A stretch of 64,000 nt of DNA from Sphingobacteriales bacterium (GTDB lineage: Bacteria > Bacteroidota > Bacteroidia > Chitinophagales > Chitinophagaceae), in assembly GCA_027491165.1 (NCBI GenBank), contig JAIXWS010000089.1, forward strand, positions 1,071-65,070. The letters are read 5' to 3'. Under the pieces are notes generated by a model. That model ran no database searches, had not been told where the DNA came from, and saw only the letters and a list, made by a program, of their open reading frames with translations. Both the position numbers and the translations under genes were made by a program. Positions 10,353 to 20,264 of this stretch are shown piece after piece. Numbering within the stretch: position 1 is the stretch's first letter; the number at the start of each line of letters is the position of its first letter.

Positions 10353-13300
10353 TTAAAAGCAACGACTTATGCCAACCACATAACGCAAATTAAAATATTG
10401 AGGATTAGCGAATGGAGGTCGATTAAGGAATAAAGGCATATCAAATCGAATGGTGAGTGGTTTTGCCTTGTCAAAAACACCCCATTTTCGAATAGTGAAA
10501 GCAGCGCCAACACCCGCATCTATGCGTAGATCACTGACCATATTGGTGGGCCGAGCATTCCAATAAGTGGCAATGCTATCATATCGACTCAGCTGCATTA
10601 GACCCGCATCAGCAAATACATAGGTTGATGCACTGAGCCAGTTGCGTGTGCATTTCGGTCGTAATTTGATATAATTGCCAAAGTCTAATTCTGCATTAAT
10701 TGCCGCGCCACTTTGGCCCTTATAGGCAATCAGCACCGCTCCATTTCTTTGGTCAGCCATAAAGTAACCAGCATATCCACGAAGGTTGAGGCCACCGCCA
10801 TATTGGAAATGATTGGTGTTGTAGCGAGAGATATCACTAGTCCATTCGCTGGGTACAAGCCCAACACTACGTGTATATTTATTATCCATCATTTCTTCTG
10901 GACTAGCACCTGCCGCAAAAAGGGCAGACTCGAAAGGGACATTATTACCCACCCCATAGCGAGCAAAAAAGCGTGTGCGTAAATCAAATTTGCCGAAACG
11001 ATTGGTATTAATCGCTTCCACTTGTGCATAAGCGTAATTAAATGCTGCAGGATTATTGCCGGTCAAGAATGGCGCGCGCAATGTGAATTTATAACGCCCA
11101 TTGCCATTAAAATAATTATAGTTGTGCGTCCATGCTGCATTCAATGAGCTATTAGGCAGGGCTTTTCTGCTGCTCCACTCATTAGCGAATAACAAATAGT
11201 CACGGTCGAAAGATAGTGGTCGCCACATTGTTTGGGCATACAAATCAAAAGTATTGCTTTTGTTTTGTTGCCAAGTAAACCCGCCGCGATGCATCCAAAG
11301 ACCGTCTAGGAAACGAGAATTTATAAATAACTGAAGCTTAGGATTAGCAAGTGATACAGGGCTTGCATAATTGATGGAATAGTTGAAAGGGGCATATTGT
11401 TCGTACCTGCCTTGATTAGCAGATGCAAGGTACTTATCGACTTGTCCAGCCTGTGTATTCCACCAAAAGCTAGCCTCAACTTTATGCAATGTATTCATGT
11501 AATTTCCTTCAAAATGCATGCCGGCTTTGAGGCCATCTACTGCATTCCACCATAGGTCGGGGCGCACATAAAGTCTATAGTGTTTTCTATCCCAAGAGCC
11601 ATTGACGCCCCCGTCAAATTTTGTTTTGATGGCTTTGAAACTGATGGGCATTCCTTTGGTTTTGTAATTGTCTATCATATTGATATCCACCAAACGGTTT
11701 GAGGTATCAATTTCTACGTGGCGAATACCCGATGGAACAGCAACTTTAGCTATGTAAGTAGGATGTAATTTTTCCCAGCCATACCACTTAGGTAATACGG
11801 TTGCAGCAGTGCTTTTGGCAAACCAAGTATTGGGAATCGTATAGTCATATTGTTTGCCATCTTTGGCTGTTACAGTAAAGTCGATAGGCATTTGCATTGC
11901 GCCTTTACGTTTGAACAAAATAGAAAAACTATCGGTGCCCGATACTTTAGTGATACGGTTTACCGAGTAGTTAATGGTTTTAGTGGTTTCAAACCATTGG
12001 TCGAAAAACCAGTTTAAATCAACGTGGGTGAAGTTGATAATCGATGCTTTGAAATCTTCAAAGTAAGGATGTCCGATTTTCCACTGGTTAAAGTAATTTT
12101 TCATCGCTGCGCTAAACAAAGAATCGCCTAATGTGTATTCTAAATTGTATAGCATTGAAGCGGTTTTGTAGTACACCAATCGGTATCCGCCACCATGTCC
12201 TAATGCACCATTAAAATCATCGGAATGTGTATTCAGTTGCACTTCTTCTTGGTTGAGTGCATCAGAGTGATAAGCATTAAAAACAGATTTGTCTACTACT
12301 CGAGAAGGTTCTGCAAATCGGTTGCGCCATTTGGATTTGCCCTTAGCTGCAGGAATGATTTTACCATCAATTCGACCTAATCCCCAAGCTGTTAAAAACT
12401 GGGTAAAACCCTCGTCCATTGCAGCTCGGTAGGTTTCATTACTACCAATCATTCCGTAAAACCAATTGTGCCCAATTTCGTGTACCAGCAAACCATTGTA
12501 ACTTGGAGCACGGCCACCATCGAGGGTCAACATGGGATATTCCATGCCGTCATTGGCATCAGCAGCAATCATTTTCGGATAGGCATACATACCGATGTCT
12601 TCCGAAAAAGTTTGGATGATTTTGGCTACATATTCGCCACTGGTTTGCCAGCCCGAAGCATGCGGTTCTTGTACCAAACCTACACATTCTATCCCATTCC
12701 AATAAGCTGTACTGATGCGATAGGAGGGGTCGGCAGTAAAAGCGAAATCGTGTACATTATCGGCGTGAAATTTCCAGATTTTGCGTTCCCCTTTTACATA
12801 AGGGATTATGGTTGAAGGTGCTTCGTTCCATGGCTTTTTGGCAAAGTTTTTAACATCTAATTTTTCTCTCAATGCAGAGGGTAAGACTTCTTCACGATTT
12901 TGAATAGCACCTGTAGCTTCTACGATATAGTTACTCGGAAAGTTGAGGGAAACATCATAGCTACCAAAGTCGGCATAGAATTCTTTATTAAGATGTTGGT
13001 AAGTGTCCCATCCAAATTTACGGTCGTACACACATATTTTTGGAAACCACTGCACTCCATTATAGTGCATAAAGCCCCAGGCATCATACATCTGCATGCG
13101 GCGGCGTGTAGCTCCTCGGTCGTAATGGGTAGTGAATTTTATATCAAAACTTGTTTTGGATCCTGGCAATAATGGCTTATTGAGATACACTTTCATTATC
13201 GTGTTATCCAATTCCACTTTCAATGCTTGGTCATTGCTAGCAATCGTTTCCACAATGATGCCCTTGCCCTCGGCTTCTTTCTTACCCAGTTGTTCTTTAA

Positions 13301-13619
13301 TTTTATTATTAGATTCTAATTGATGTAGATGTGATCCTTTAATAAAGGCATTTTGAAACAAGTGAAAATAAACAAAATGCAAGGTGTCGGGCGAATTGTT
13401 CCAGTATTCAAGACTTTGGCTGGCATCAATTCGGTGGTCCATTTCATCCATTGAGGCATTAATGGTATAATGTACGTCTTGTTGCCAATAAGCTGCATCG
13501 GGTTTGCGATTTTGCCAATAGTATTTGTTATTGCTGTTGCGAAAACTATTGTCATTTAATGGTTGGGCTTGGGCAATAGTTGCCACCGATAGTAGAAAGA
13601 CCGTAAAGAATCGATACAT
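10353..13619 (-). CDS. M1-family zinc metallopeptidase fused to a C-terminal Omp85/bacterial-surface-antigen-type beta-barrel
   Basis: Signal peptide. GMEYP (GxMEN-like). HEIGH encoded at 12468-12482 with a Glu exactly 18 residues later. The C-terminal ~400 aa have alternating aromatic beta-strand character with GGGLNLRGYAGY and DAGVGAAFTIR...IRFDMPLF, which resemble Omp85-family barrels. Confidence 0.85.
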   Translation of the reverse strand: MYRFFTVFLLSVATIAQAQPLNDNSFRNSNNKYYWQNRKPDAAYWQQDVHYTINASMDEMDHRIDASQSLEYWNNSPDTLHFVYFHLFQNAFIKGSHLHQLESNNKIKEQLGKKEAEGKGIIVETIASNDQALKVELDNTIMKVYLNKPLLPGSKTSFDIKFTTHYDRGATRRRMQMYDAWGFMHYNGVQWFPKICVYDRKFGWDTYQHLNKEFYADFGSYDVSLNFPSNYIVEATGAIQNREEVLPSALREKLDVKNFAKKPWNEAPSTIIPYVKGERKIWKFHADNVHDFAFTADPSYRISTAYWNGIECVGLVQEPHASGWQTSGEYVAKIIQTFSEDIGMYAYPKMIAADANDGMEYPMLTLDGGRAPSYNGLLVHEIGHNWFYGMIGSNETYRAAMDEGFTQFLTAWGLGRIDGKIIPAAKGKSKWRNRFAEPSRVVDKSVFNAYHSDALNQEEVQLNTHSDDFNGALGHGGGYRLVYYKTASMLYNLEYTLGDSLFSAAMKNYFNQWKIGHPYFEDFKASIINFTHVDLNWFFDQWFETTKTINYSVNRITKVSGTDSFSILFKRKGAMQMPIDFTVTAKDGKQYDYTIPNTWFAKSTAATVLPKWYGWEKLHPTYIAKVAVPSGIRHVEIDTSNRLVDINMIDNYKTKGMPISFKAIKTKFDGGVNGSWDRKHYRLYVRPDLWWNAVDGLKAGMHFEGNYMNTLHKVEASFWWNTQAGQVDKYLASANQGRYEQYAPFNYSINYASPVSLANPKLQLFINSRFLDGLWMHRGGFTWQQNKSNTFDLYAQTMWRPLSFDRDYLLFANEWSSRKALPNSSLNAAWTHNYNYFNGNGRYKFTLRAPFLTGNNPAAFNYAYAQVEAINTNRFGKFDLRTRFFARYGVGNNVPFESALFAAGASPEEMMDNKYTRSVGLVPSEWTSDISRYNTNHFQYGGGLNLRGYAGYFMADQRNGAVLIAYKGQSGAAINAELDFGNYIKLRPKCTRNWLSASTYVFADAGLMQLSRYDSIATYWNARPTNMVSDLRIDAGVGAAFTIRKWGVFDKAKPLTIRFDMPLFLNRPPFANPQYFNLRYVVGISRCF

Positions 13620-13704
13620 AAAATTTTCTTAAAATGTGGTGTGAAAGTACAAAAAAGGTGGCAGAGCTGAAAACCTAAGTCTAAAACTAAACATAAAAAT
13701 TCCT

Positions 13705-13712
13705 TACTTTTG
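13705..13712 (+). promoter_or_regulatory. -7 promoter box (TActTTTG) upstream of gap
   Basis: tacttttg lies 47 nt upstream of the gap ATG. Confidence 0.5.
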
Positions 13713-13758
13713 CAGCCAATTTCTAATTAGTTATCTTTTAATACCAAAAAATAATAAC

Positions 13759-14769
13759 ATGAGTAAAGTAAAAGTTGCCATTAATGGATTTGGCCGTATC
13801 GGTCGTTTGGCTTATCGTCAAATCTTTAATATGGAAGGTATCGATGTAGTTGCTATCAACGATTTGACACAGCCAAAAGTATTAGCCCATTTGTTGAAAT
13901 ATGATACGGCGCAAGGTCGTTTTAACGCTGAAGTTAGCCACGGCGAAAATTCTATTACGGTCAATGGTGGCGACATTAAAATTTATGCACAAAGAGATCC
14001 TTCTCAAATTCCTTGGGGTGCTCATGATGTAGATGTGGTATTAGAATGTACGGGCTTCTTTACGGATGCTGAAACTGCTGCAGCGCATATCACTGCTGGA
14101 GCTAAACGTGTGGTTATTTCTGCTCCTGCAACCGGTGATTTGAAAACAGTTGTGTTCAATGTAAACCACGCTATCCTTGATGGTACTGAAAAGGTTATTA
14201 GCTGTGCTTCTTGCACGACAAACTGCCTAGCTCCAATGGCAAAAGTATTAAACGATAATTATGAAATTAAAGTAGGTCAAATGACAACGGTTCATGCCTA
14301 CACCAACGATCAAAATACCTTAGATGCTCCTCATGCAAAAGGCGACCTACGCCGTGCACGTGCTGCTGCCGAAAATATTACACCCAACTCTACCGGTGCT
14401 GCCAAAGCAATTGGTCTTGTATTGCCTGAACTTAAAGGCAAATTGGATGGTGGCGCACAACGTGTACCCACCGTTACGGGTTCACTCACAGAATTGACCG
14501 TGGTATTGGGTAAGAAAACTACAGCTGAAGAAATCAATGCTGCCATGAAAGCTGCTGCTAATGATTCTTTTGGATATAACGAAGACGAGATTGTATCAAG
14601 CGATATCATTGGTATTACTTATGGTTCTTTGTTTGATGCTACCCAAACCAAAGTAGTAACTGTTGGAGACCACCAATTGGTGAAAACGGTTAGCTGGTAT
14701 GATAATGAAATGAGTTATGTTTCTCAACTTGTTCGTACTGTAAAATACTTTGCTGGAATTATCAAATAG
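13759..14769 (+). CDS. gap: type I glyceraldehyde-3-phosphate dehydrogenase
   Basis: NGFGRIGR Rossmann motif. Active site [14 protein letters not shown] near the C-terminus. 336 aa. Confidence 0.96.
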   Translation: MSKVKVAINGFGRIGRLAYRQIFNMEGIDVVAINDLTQPKVLAHLLKYDTAQGRFNAEVSHGENSITVNGGDIKIYAQRDPSQIPWGAHDVDVVLECTGFFTDAETAAAHITAGAKRVVISAPATGDLKTVVFNVNHAILDGTEKVISCASCTTNCLAPMAKVLNDNYEIKVGQMTTVHAYTNDQNTLDAPHAKGDLRRARAAAENITPNSTGAAKAIGLVLPELKGKLDGGAQRVPTVTGSLTELTVVLGKKTTAEEINAAMKAAANDSFGYNEDEIVSSDIIGITYGSLFDATQTKVVTVGDHQLVKTVSWYDNEMSYVSQLVRTVKYFAGIIK

Positions 14770-14790
14770 TCTTCTATTTAGCTTTATACA

Positions 14791-14826
14791 GATCCCGCTT
14801 CACATTTTTGGAGCGGGATTTTTTTG
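14791..14826 (+). terminator. Rho-independent terminator after gap
   Basis: gatcccgct...agcgggat stem followed by a T7 run. Confidence 0.7.
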
Positions 14827-15137
14827 CCTACAGTATAGGTTTGTTAGCCTTAGTAACGCAACGACTACAAAGGTTAAAAATCACAATGACGAACAATTGT
14901 GGATTATTGACCAAATAGACTAACGAGTACTTTTCAATATCATCTTAAACCCCCAAACGGTAAACCTATAAATGCTAGGATTTGTGCAACTTGTCATCCT
15001 AACTAAAAGCTTGTGCAATAGTTTCTTTATTCATCATTCGATGAATATTTTATCCTTAATTTTGACAGCGAATTGACTTTTTTACAGACAGTCATCTACG
15101 GATAAGCTAGTGTACACATACAGACAGACAATTTAAT

Positions 15138-16481
15138 ATGATAGAAAAAACAATAATTAGAAATATCAGTATCATTAATGAGGGTCAAATATTTCTTGCA
15201 GACATACTCATTGATCGTGGCGTCATTCAAAAAATCGGAGAATTGAACGATGACCCCAATGCACGAATAATTGACGGAACGGGCAAGTATTTATTCCCAG
15301 GGATTATTGATGGACAAGTTCATTTTCGGGAGCCCGGCCTAACCCACAAGGGTGATATGTATACAGAAAGTAAAGCAGCTATTGCAGGTGGTGTGACTTC
15401 ATTTATTGATATGCCCAATACCTTTCCAAATGTATTGACCATGGACATCCTACATGAAAAATATCAAATAGCTTCAGAAAAATCACTAGCCAATTTCGGC
15501 TTTTTCTTGGGTGTCAATGGAGATAATTTAGATGAAGTAATTAAAACAGATACCTCTAAGCTTTTGGGTGTTTCTGATGATGGCCTTTATTTTACAAAAA
15601 AAGGGAATCTGCTTGCTGACAATCCAGAAACAATGGAAAAGTTGTTTTCAAATTGCAAGTCCATCATTGCCATTCACTCTGAGAAAGAGCAAATCGTAGA
15701 AGAAAACGAGCAGCTTTACAGAGAAAAATATGGAGATAATGTACCTGTAGCATTTCATCCTATCATAAGAAGTGAACAAGCTTGTTATGAAGCCACCCAA
15801 AGAGCAATTGATATAGCCAATAAGCATAAGGCACGCCTTCACATTCTGCATTTGACAACAGAAGTGGAAACGCATTTATTTAGAAATGATATTCCTCTAC
15901 GAGAAAAAAATATAACTACTGAAGTTTCGGTTCATCATTTGTGGTTTTCGGATAAAGACTATGATCGTTTAGGAACTTTAATAAAATGGAATCCTGCTAT
16001 CAAAACAGAACAAGACAAAAGAGGTCTATTGAAGGCCTTATTGGATGATAGAATAGACATCGTGACTACAGATCATGCACCGCATACTTTAGAAGAAAAA
16101 CAAAAGCCTTACTTTCAGTCGATGTCTGGCGCCCCTATTGTTCAACATTCGTTAAATATTATGCTTGAGTTTTATAAACAAGGCTTGATATCATTAGAGA
16201 AGATTGCGGAAAAAATGTGTCATAATCCCGCAATACTGTACCATATTGAAAAAAGGGGATTCATTCGAGAAGGATATTATGCCGATCTCTCCATTGTTGA
16301 TTTGAATGCAAATTGGACCGTTCATAAGGACAATATTTTATCCAAATGTGCTTGGTCGCCATTAGAAGGAACAACTTTTCAAACAAAAGTGACCCACACC
16401 TTTGTAAATGGAAATTTGGTTTTTGATCAGGGGCATTTTAACGAAACAACAAAAGGACAAGCATTAATGCGCTCAAAATAA
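15138..16481 (+). CDS. pyrC: dihydroorotase (cyclic amidohydrolase family)
   Basis: PGIIDGQVHFREPG metal-binding HxH region, DMPN, and VTTDHAPH near the C-terminus. 447 aa, typical of the long Bacteroidota PyrC. Confidence 0.82.
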   Translation: MIEKTIIRNISIINEGQIFLADILIDRGVIQKIGELNDDPNARIIDGTGKYLFPGIIDGQVHFREPGLTHKGDMYTESKAAIAGGVTSFIDMPNTFPNVLTMDILHEKYQIASEKSLANFGFFLGVNGDNLDEVIKTDTSKLLGVSDDGLYFTKKGNLLADNPETMEKLFSNCKSIIAIHSEKEQIVEENEQLYREKYGDNVPVAFHPIIRSEQACYEATQRAIDIANKHKARLHILHLTTEVETHLFRNDIPLREKNITTEVSVHHLWFSDKDYDRLGTLIKWNPAIKTEQDKRGLLKALLDDRIDIVTTDHAPHTLEEKQKPYFQSMSGAPIVQHSLNIMLEFYKQGLISLEKIAEKMCHNPAILYHIEKRGFIREGYYADLSIVDLNANWTVHKDNILSKCAWSPLEGTTFQTKVTHTFVNGNLVFDQGHFNETTKGQALMRSK

Positions 16482-16493
16482 AATGTACATGGC

Positions 16494-17336
16494 ATGTCAC
16501 TGTTTCAAAATCGAAAATTACTGATAGCAACAAAGCATCAAAAAGAAAGAGTTATAGCACCTATTCTGGAAAGAGCCTTAGGTGTTATTTGTTTTGTCGA
16601 TGAAACATATGATACAGATGTTCTGGGTACTTTTACTGGAGAAATTGAACGAGAACATGACCCCATAACAACTGTTAGGGAAAAGTGCCTTCAGGCGATG
16701 AAAAAAAACAACTGTGATTTAGCTGTTGCTAGTGAAGGTACTTTTGGTCCACATCCTTCTCTATATTTTATGCATGCAGATGACGAGTTTTTAATTTTTA
16801 TCGATTCGAAAAATAATATTGAGGTAATAGTAAGAGAATTAAGCACTGAGACTAATTTTAATGGCAAACACATCCAAAGTGAGGACGAACTATTGGCATT
16901 TTCCCAACAAATTGGATTTCCTTCGCATGGCATAATTCTGCGCAGCGATAAACACGAAAATACAAATGTGTATAAAGGGATAACCGATGTTGAAACACTA
17001 AAGGACTTATTTAACCAACTTTATTTAAAGAGTCAATCGGCTTATGTGGAAACTGATATGCGAGCCATGTATAATCCGACAAGAATGAGCGTTATTGAGC
17101 AAGCAACGCTGAAATTGGCAGCAAAAATTAATCTCTGTTGTCCTGAATGCCAGATGCCTGGTTTTGGTGTAACAGAAGTTAGAGAAGGTCTTGAATGCAG
17201 TGTATGTGATTTCCCAACTCGTTCAACACTGAGTTATATTTACGTTTGTCAACGTTGTCAGTTTACTAAGCAGGAATTATATCCTCACAATAAAACGAAA
17301 GAGGATCCCATGTATTGCGACTATTGTAATCCCTAA
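16494..17336 (+). CDS. conserved hypothetical protein with a C-terminal four-CxxC zinc ribbon (DUF6671-like, from memory)
   Basis: 280-aa ORF 12 nt after pyrC. CCPEC...CSVC...CQRC...CDYC cysteine pairs. ASEGTFGPHP and ETDMRAMYNPTRM blocks. Confidence 0.65.
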   Translation: MSLFQNRKLLIATKHQKERVIAPILERALGVICFVDETYDTDVLGTFTGEIEREHDPITTVREKCLQAMKKNNCDLAVASEGTFGPHPSLYFMHADDEFLIFIDSKNNIEVIVRELSTETNFNGKHIQSEDELLAFSQQIGFPSHGIILRSDKHENTNVYKGITDVETLKDLFNQLYLKSQSAYVETDMRAMYNPTRMSVIEQATLKLAAKINLCCPECQMPGFGVTEVREGLECSVCDFPTRSTLSYIYVCQRCQFTKQELYPHNKTKEDPMYCDYCNP

Positions 17337-17493
17337 ATTTTCTGTTCAAATCATCAAGAGCGTTAAAAGCTTAACATCTGTTTTACTTAGCTTTCAAGCC
17401 TCCCTATTTTTTAGTACTCAGCAACATTGAAATCATTAGCTAGTCTCAACACTAGCTTGGATGATTATTTCATCTTCACTACTTTTACGTTCG

Positions 17494-19269
17494 ATGTTTC
17501 GGTCTGTATTTTTCATTGGTTTATTCTTGCTGCTCGGCAGTTTGATAAGCCATGCACAGTCGGTACAACTATCGCTTTGGCGCATTGATTCTCTCAATAG
17601 CGCTCCTGCTCTCACCTTGCCGAATAAATACAATAAGGAACAAGACCTCGTTCAAGAAGTTCAAAACATCCTACCTAATTTACAAGCACAAGGCTATCTT
17701 TCGGCCTCAATAGATAGTATAGCCATTTCTGAAAATCAATATTTGGTTTTTTACTTTCAGGGGCCACAATATCGATGGGCAAAACTCTCACTCGATTCTC
17801 TATCCCGAGCTTTGCTCATCGCTACGAATAGTAGCATACAAGAATTGGTCAATAAACCGTTAAATCCCAAAGCAATTGCCCGACTTTGCGAAAAATTATT
17901 GCAGCACTGCGAAGAGAATGGATTTCCTTTTGCAAGGCTTTGGCTGGATAATGTTCGAGACCTAGGGCCCGACAGAATGGAAGCAATACTGAAAGTCGAC
18001 CTTGCCGAAAGACGGGTTATCGATTCCCTAATTATCAATGGTGATTGCAGTATTTCAAGTGCCTTTATACATCGGTATGTAGATATTGCTAAAGGCTCTG
18101 TTTATGACGAAAAGAAATTAAAAGCTATTAGCCAGCGCATTAGAGAATTGCCTTTTTTGCAAGAAGAATATCCTTGGACCATTCAATTTAGGCCTGGTGA
18201 TACCCGGCTCAATCTTCATTTAAAAGAGAAAAAAGCCAATCAACTGAATGCTATACTAGGCTTGATGCCCAATAATTTGCAAGCCAATCAATTATTAATC
18301 ACCGCCGATGTGCAATTGGCTTTGCAAAATTTTCTCGGACAGGGAGAATCGATCAGTGCTAGCTTTCAAAATCTGCAAGTAAAATCGCCCCGAATTAAGA
18401 CGGATGTGGTGATTCCTTACCTTTTGAAATCGCCCATTGGTACCGAACTGCACTTTGATTTTTTCAGTAATAATCTTCAATTCAGAAAGATAAGTTTGCA
18501 AACAGGCTTTCGATACCAAGTTTCGACCACCGATTTATTAAGACTTTATTATCAATTGCTTGGTACGCGGATTTTAGAAATAGATACTGCTGGTATTTTG
18601 GCCACAAGGCAATTGCCCGCCAATATTGATGCAGGGTCAAGTGGTGTTGGTTTGGAATGGCAAAGCCAACATACCGACTATCGATTAAATCCCCGAAAAG
18701 GTTGGCAGGTAAGGCTAGGGCTTACGGCCTTTCAAAGAAAAATAATGGAGAACACTACTATTAGCGGCCTGAGTGATGGATCGGGTTTCCGATATCAATC
18801 ACTCTATGATACACTTAATAAAAGAGCCTACCAATATCATCTTTCAGCTGATGCCGCGGGATATATTCCACTAAGTAAAAATCTTTGTATCAAGCTCGCT
18901 TATTCAGGAGCCTACATTGCAGCGTCTCGGGTTTTTCAAAATGAATTATTCCAAATAGGAGGTTTTAAAATGCTTCGTGGTTTTGATGAACAAAGCATTT
19001 TTGCGAATCAATACCATATAGCCTTGGTAGAATTACGCTTGCGTTTTAGTCAGAATTCTTTTGCTTATTTATTTAGCGATAATGGTTGGGTAGAAACGAA
19101 ATTCAATAATTATAATCGCGCTGCTTGGCATAACGGCTTTGGCTTAGGGACTACCCTTGAAACCAAAACAGGCCTGTTTTCCATTGCTCTGGCATTTGGT
19201 CGAAGTGAGCAAATACCCTTGAGGTTCAGAGAGTCTAAAATTTCATTTGGTTATATTGCCTTATTTTAA
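17494..19269 (+). CDS. Omp85-family outer membrane protein (BamA/ShlB/FhaC-like, POTRA plus barrel)
   Basis: Signal peptide MFRSVFFIGLFLLLGSLISHAQS. FQIGGFKMLRGFDEQ and GFGLGTTLET...ALAFG barrel motifs. The ORF is open from 17461, but the ATG at 17494 gives a proper signal peptide. Confidence 0.8.
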   Translation: MFRSVFFIGLFLLLGSLISHAQSVQLSLWRIDSLNSAPALTLPNKYNKEQDLVQEVQNILPNLQAQGYLSASIDSIAISENQYLVFYFQGPQYRWAKLSLDSLSRALLIATNSSIQELVNKPLNPKAIARLCEKLLQHCEENGFPFARLWLDNVRDLGPDRMEAILKVDLAERRVIDSLIINGDCSISSAFIHRYVDIAKGSVYDEKKLKAISQRIRELPFLQEEYPWTIQFRPGDTRLNLHLKEKKANQLNAILGLMPNNLQANQLLITADVQLALQNFLGQGESISASFQNLQVKSPRIKTDVVIPYLLKSPIGTELHFDFFSNNLQFRKISLQTGFRYQVSTTDLLRLYYQLLGTRILEIDTAGILATRQLPANIDAGSSGVGLEWQSQHTDYRLNPRKGWQVRLGLTAFQRKIMENTTISGLSDGSGFRYQSLYDTLNKRAYQYHLSADAAGYIPLSKNLCIKLAYSGAYIAASRVFQNELFQIGGFKMLRGFDEQSIFANQYHIALVELRLRFSQNSFAYLFSDNGWVETKFNNYNRAAWHNGFGLGTTLETKTGLFSIALAFGRSEQIPLRFRESKISFGYIALF

Positions 19270-19308
19270 TCAAAAAAGATATTTTGGCAGACGACTATTC
19301 TATTAACT

Positions 19309-20187
19309 TTGTCGCTAGATATGCGTTTGTCCGTCTTTTACAGCCTTTTATTGTGTGCCTTGTTTCTGTTCCCAATTTTTACAGAAGCCAATATAAATTT
19401 AGAAGCTTATGAAGTGCGCATTGATTCTATTGCTTTGCGAGAACACAATAAAATGGATTTTGATAGCACTTTTCAACAGTTGATGTTCCCAACAAAAAAG
19501 AAGCTCATTAGTCAAGTAATACAGCAACGCATCATTGAAAATCAGTCACTAGAATTTTATTTATTATTGGCTTTGTGTGCCCTGTTGGGTGCTATTAAAT
19601 CGATTCATCCCAAATATTTTAGTGATGTCTGGCGGGGGTTTTTCAATCCAACTCTTGGTAGTCGTCAATTAAAAGACCTCATCCAATCGGCCACTTTCCC
19701 CAATCTATTATTGAACCTTTTTTCTTCTATTGTTTTGGGTTTGTATGTTTATTACCTCATTTCTCTGCATATTGATTGGCGTTTTGCAAGTCTGCCTTCT
19801 GCGCTCATGTTGGGCTTGTTGATTTTAGGTGCTGTATTGTTACATGGAGGTAAATATATTTTTGTACAGCTAGGTGCTTGGGTTTTTGGGAAAGGACCGA
19901 TTGGCGAACAGTATAATTTCAATGTGTTTTTAGTCAATAAAATTATAGGCATTTCGCTTCTGCCCTTCATTATTTGTTTTGCTTTTTTACAGGCAAAATG
20001 GCATAGCATTTTGATGATTTGTTCCTTGCTTCTGTTGGGTCTACTTTATTTAAATCGATACTTAAGATCTTGGAATATTTTTGCCCCCTTCTTCCAAAAT
20101 AGTCGTTTGCATTTTTTTATGTACCTTTGCGCCTTCGAGATATTGCCTATGGCAGTGCTGTTGAAGTTTGTATGGATGATTTTATAA
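19309..20187 (+). CDS. polytopic membrane protein (DUF4271-like)
   Basis: Six or more hydrophobic helices. It sits directly upstream of a HemD-like gene, a pairing I recall as common in Bacteroidota. Alternative ATG start at 19321. Confidence 0.7.
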   Translation: MSLDMRLSVFYSLLLCALFLFPIFTEANINLEAYEVRIDSIALREHNKMDFDSTFQQLMFPTKKKLISQVIQQRIIENQSLEFYLLLALCALLGAIKSIHPKYFSDVWRGFFNPTLGSRQLKDLIQSATFPNLLLNLFSSIVLGLYVYYLISLHIDWRFASLPSALMLGLLILGAVLLHGGKYIFVQLGAWVFGKGPIGEQYNFNVFLVNKIIGISLLPFIICFAFLQAKWHSILMICSLLLLGLLYLNRYLRSWNIFAPFFQNSRLHFFMYLCAFEILPMAVLLKFVWMIL

Positions 20188-20264
20188 AATAAAGGACAAG
20201 ACTGGAGACGCAGCTTCTACTACTCACCCAATAATAATAATACCTCATAGTCCTAATAATAAAG

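Noticed and set aside
10338-10362. Overlap of the PPTase gene with the M1-barrel gene, suggesting translational coupling
   Set aside because: The overlap depends on a TTG at 10362. The ATG at 10338 gives a normal-length PPTase and leaves a 14-nt gap, so coupling is not supported.
14827-15137. 310-bp spacer upstream of pyrC examined for a small gene or RNA
   Set aside because: It contains only trivial ORFs (for example a 10-codon ATG ORF) and one 6-bp hairpin (ttcatc/gatgaa). I could not support any feature there.
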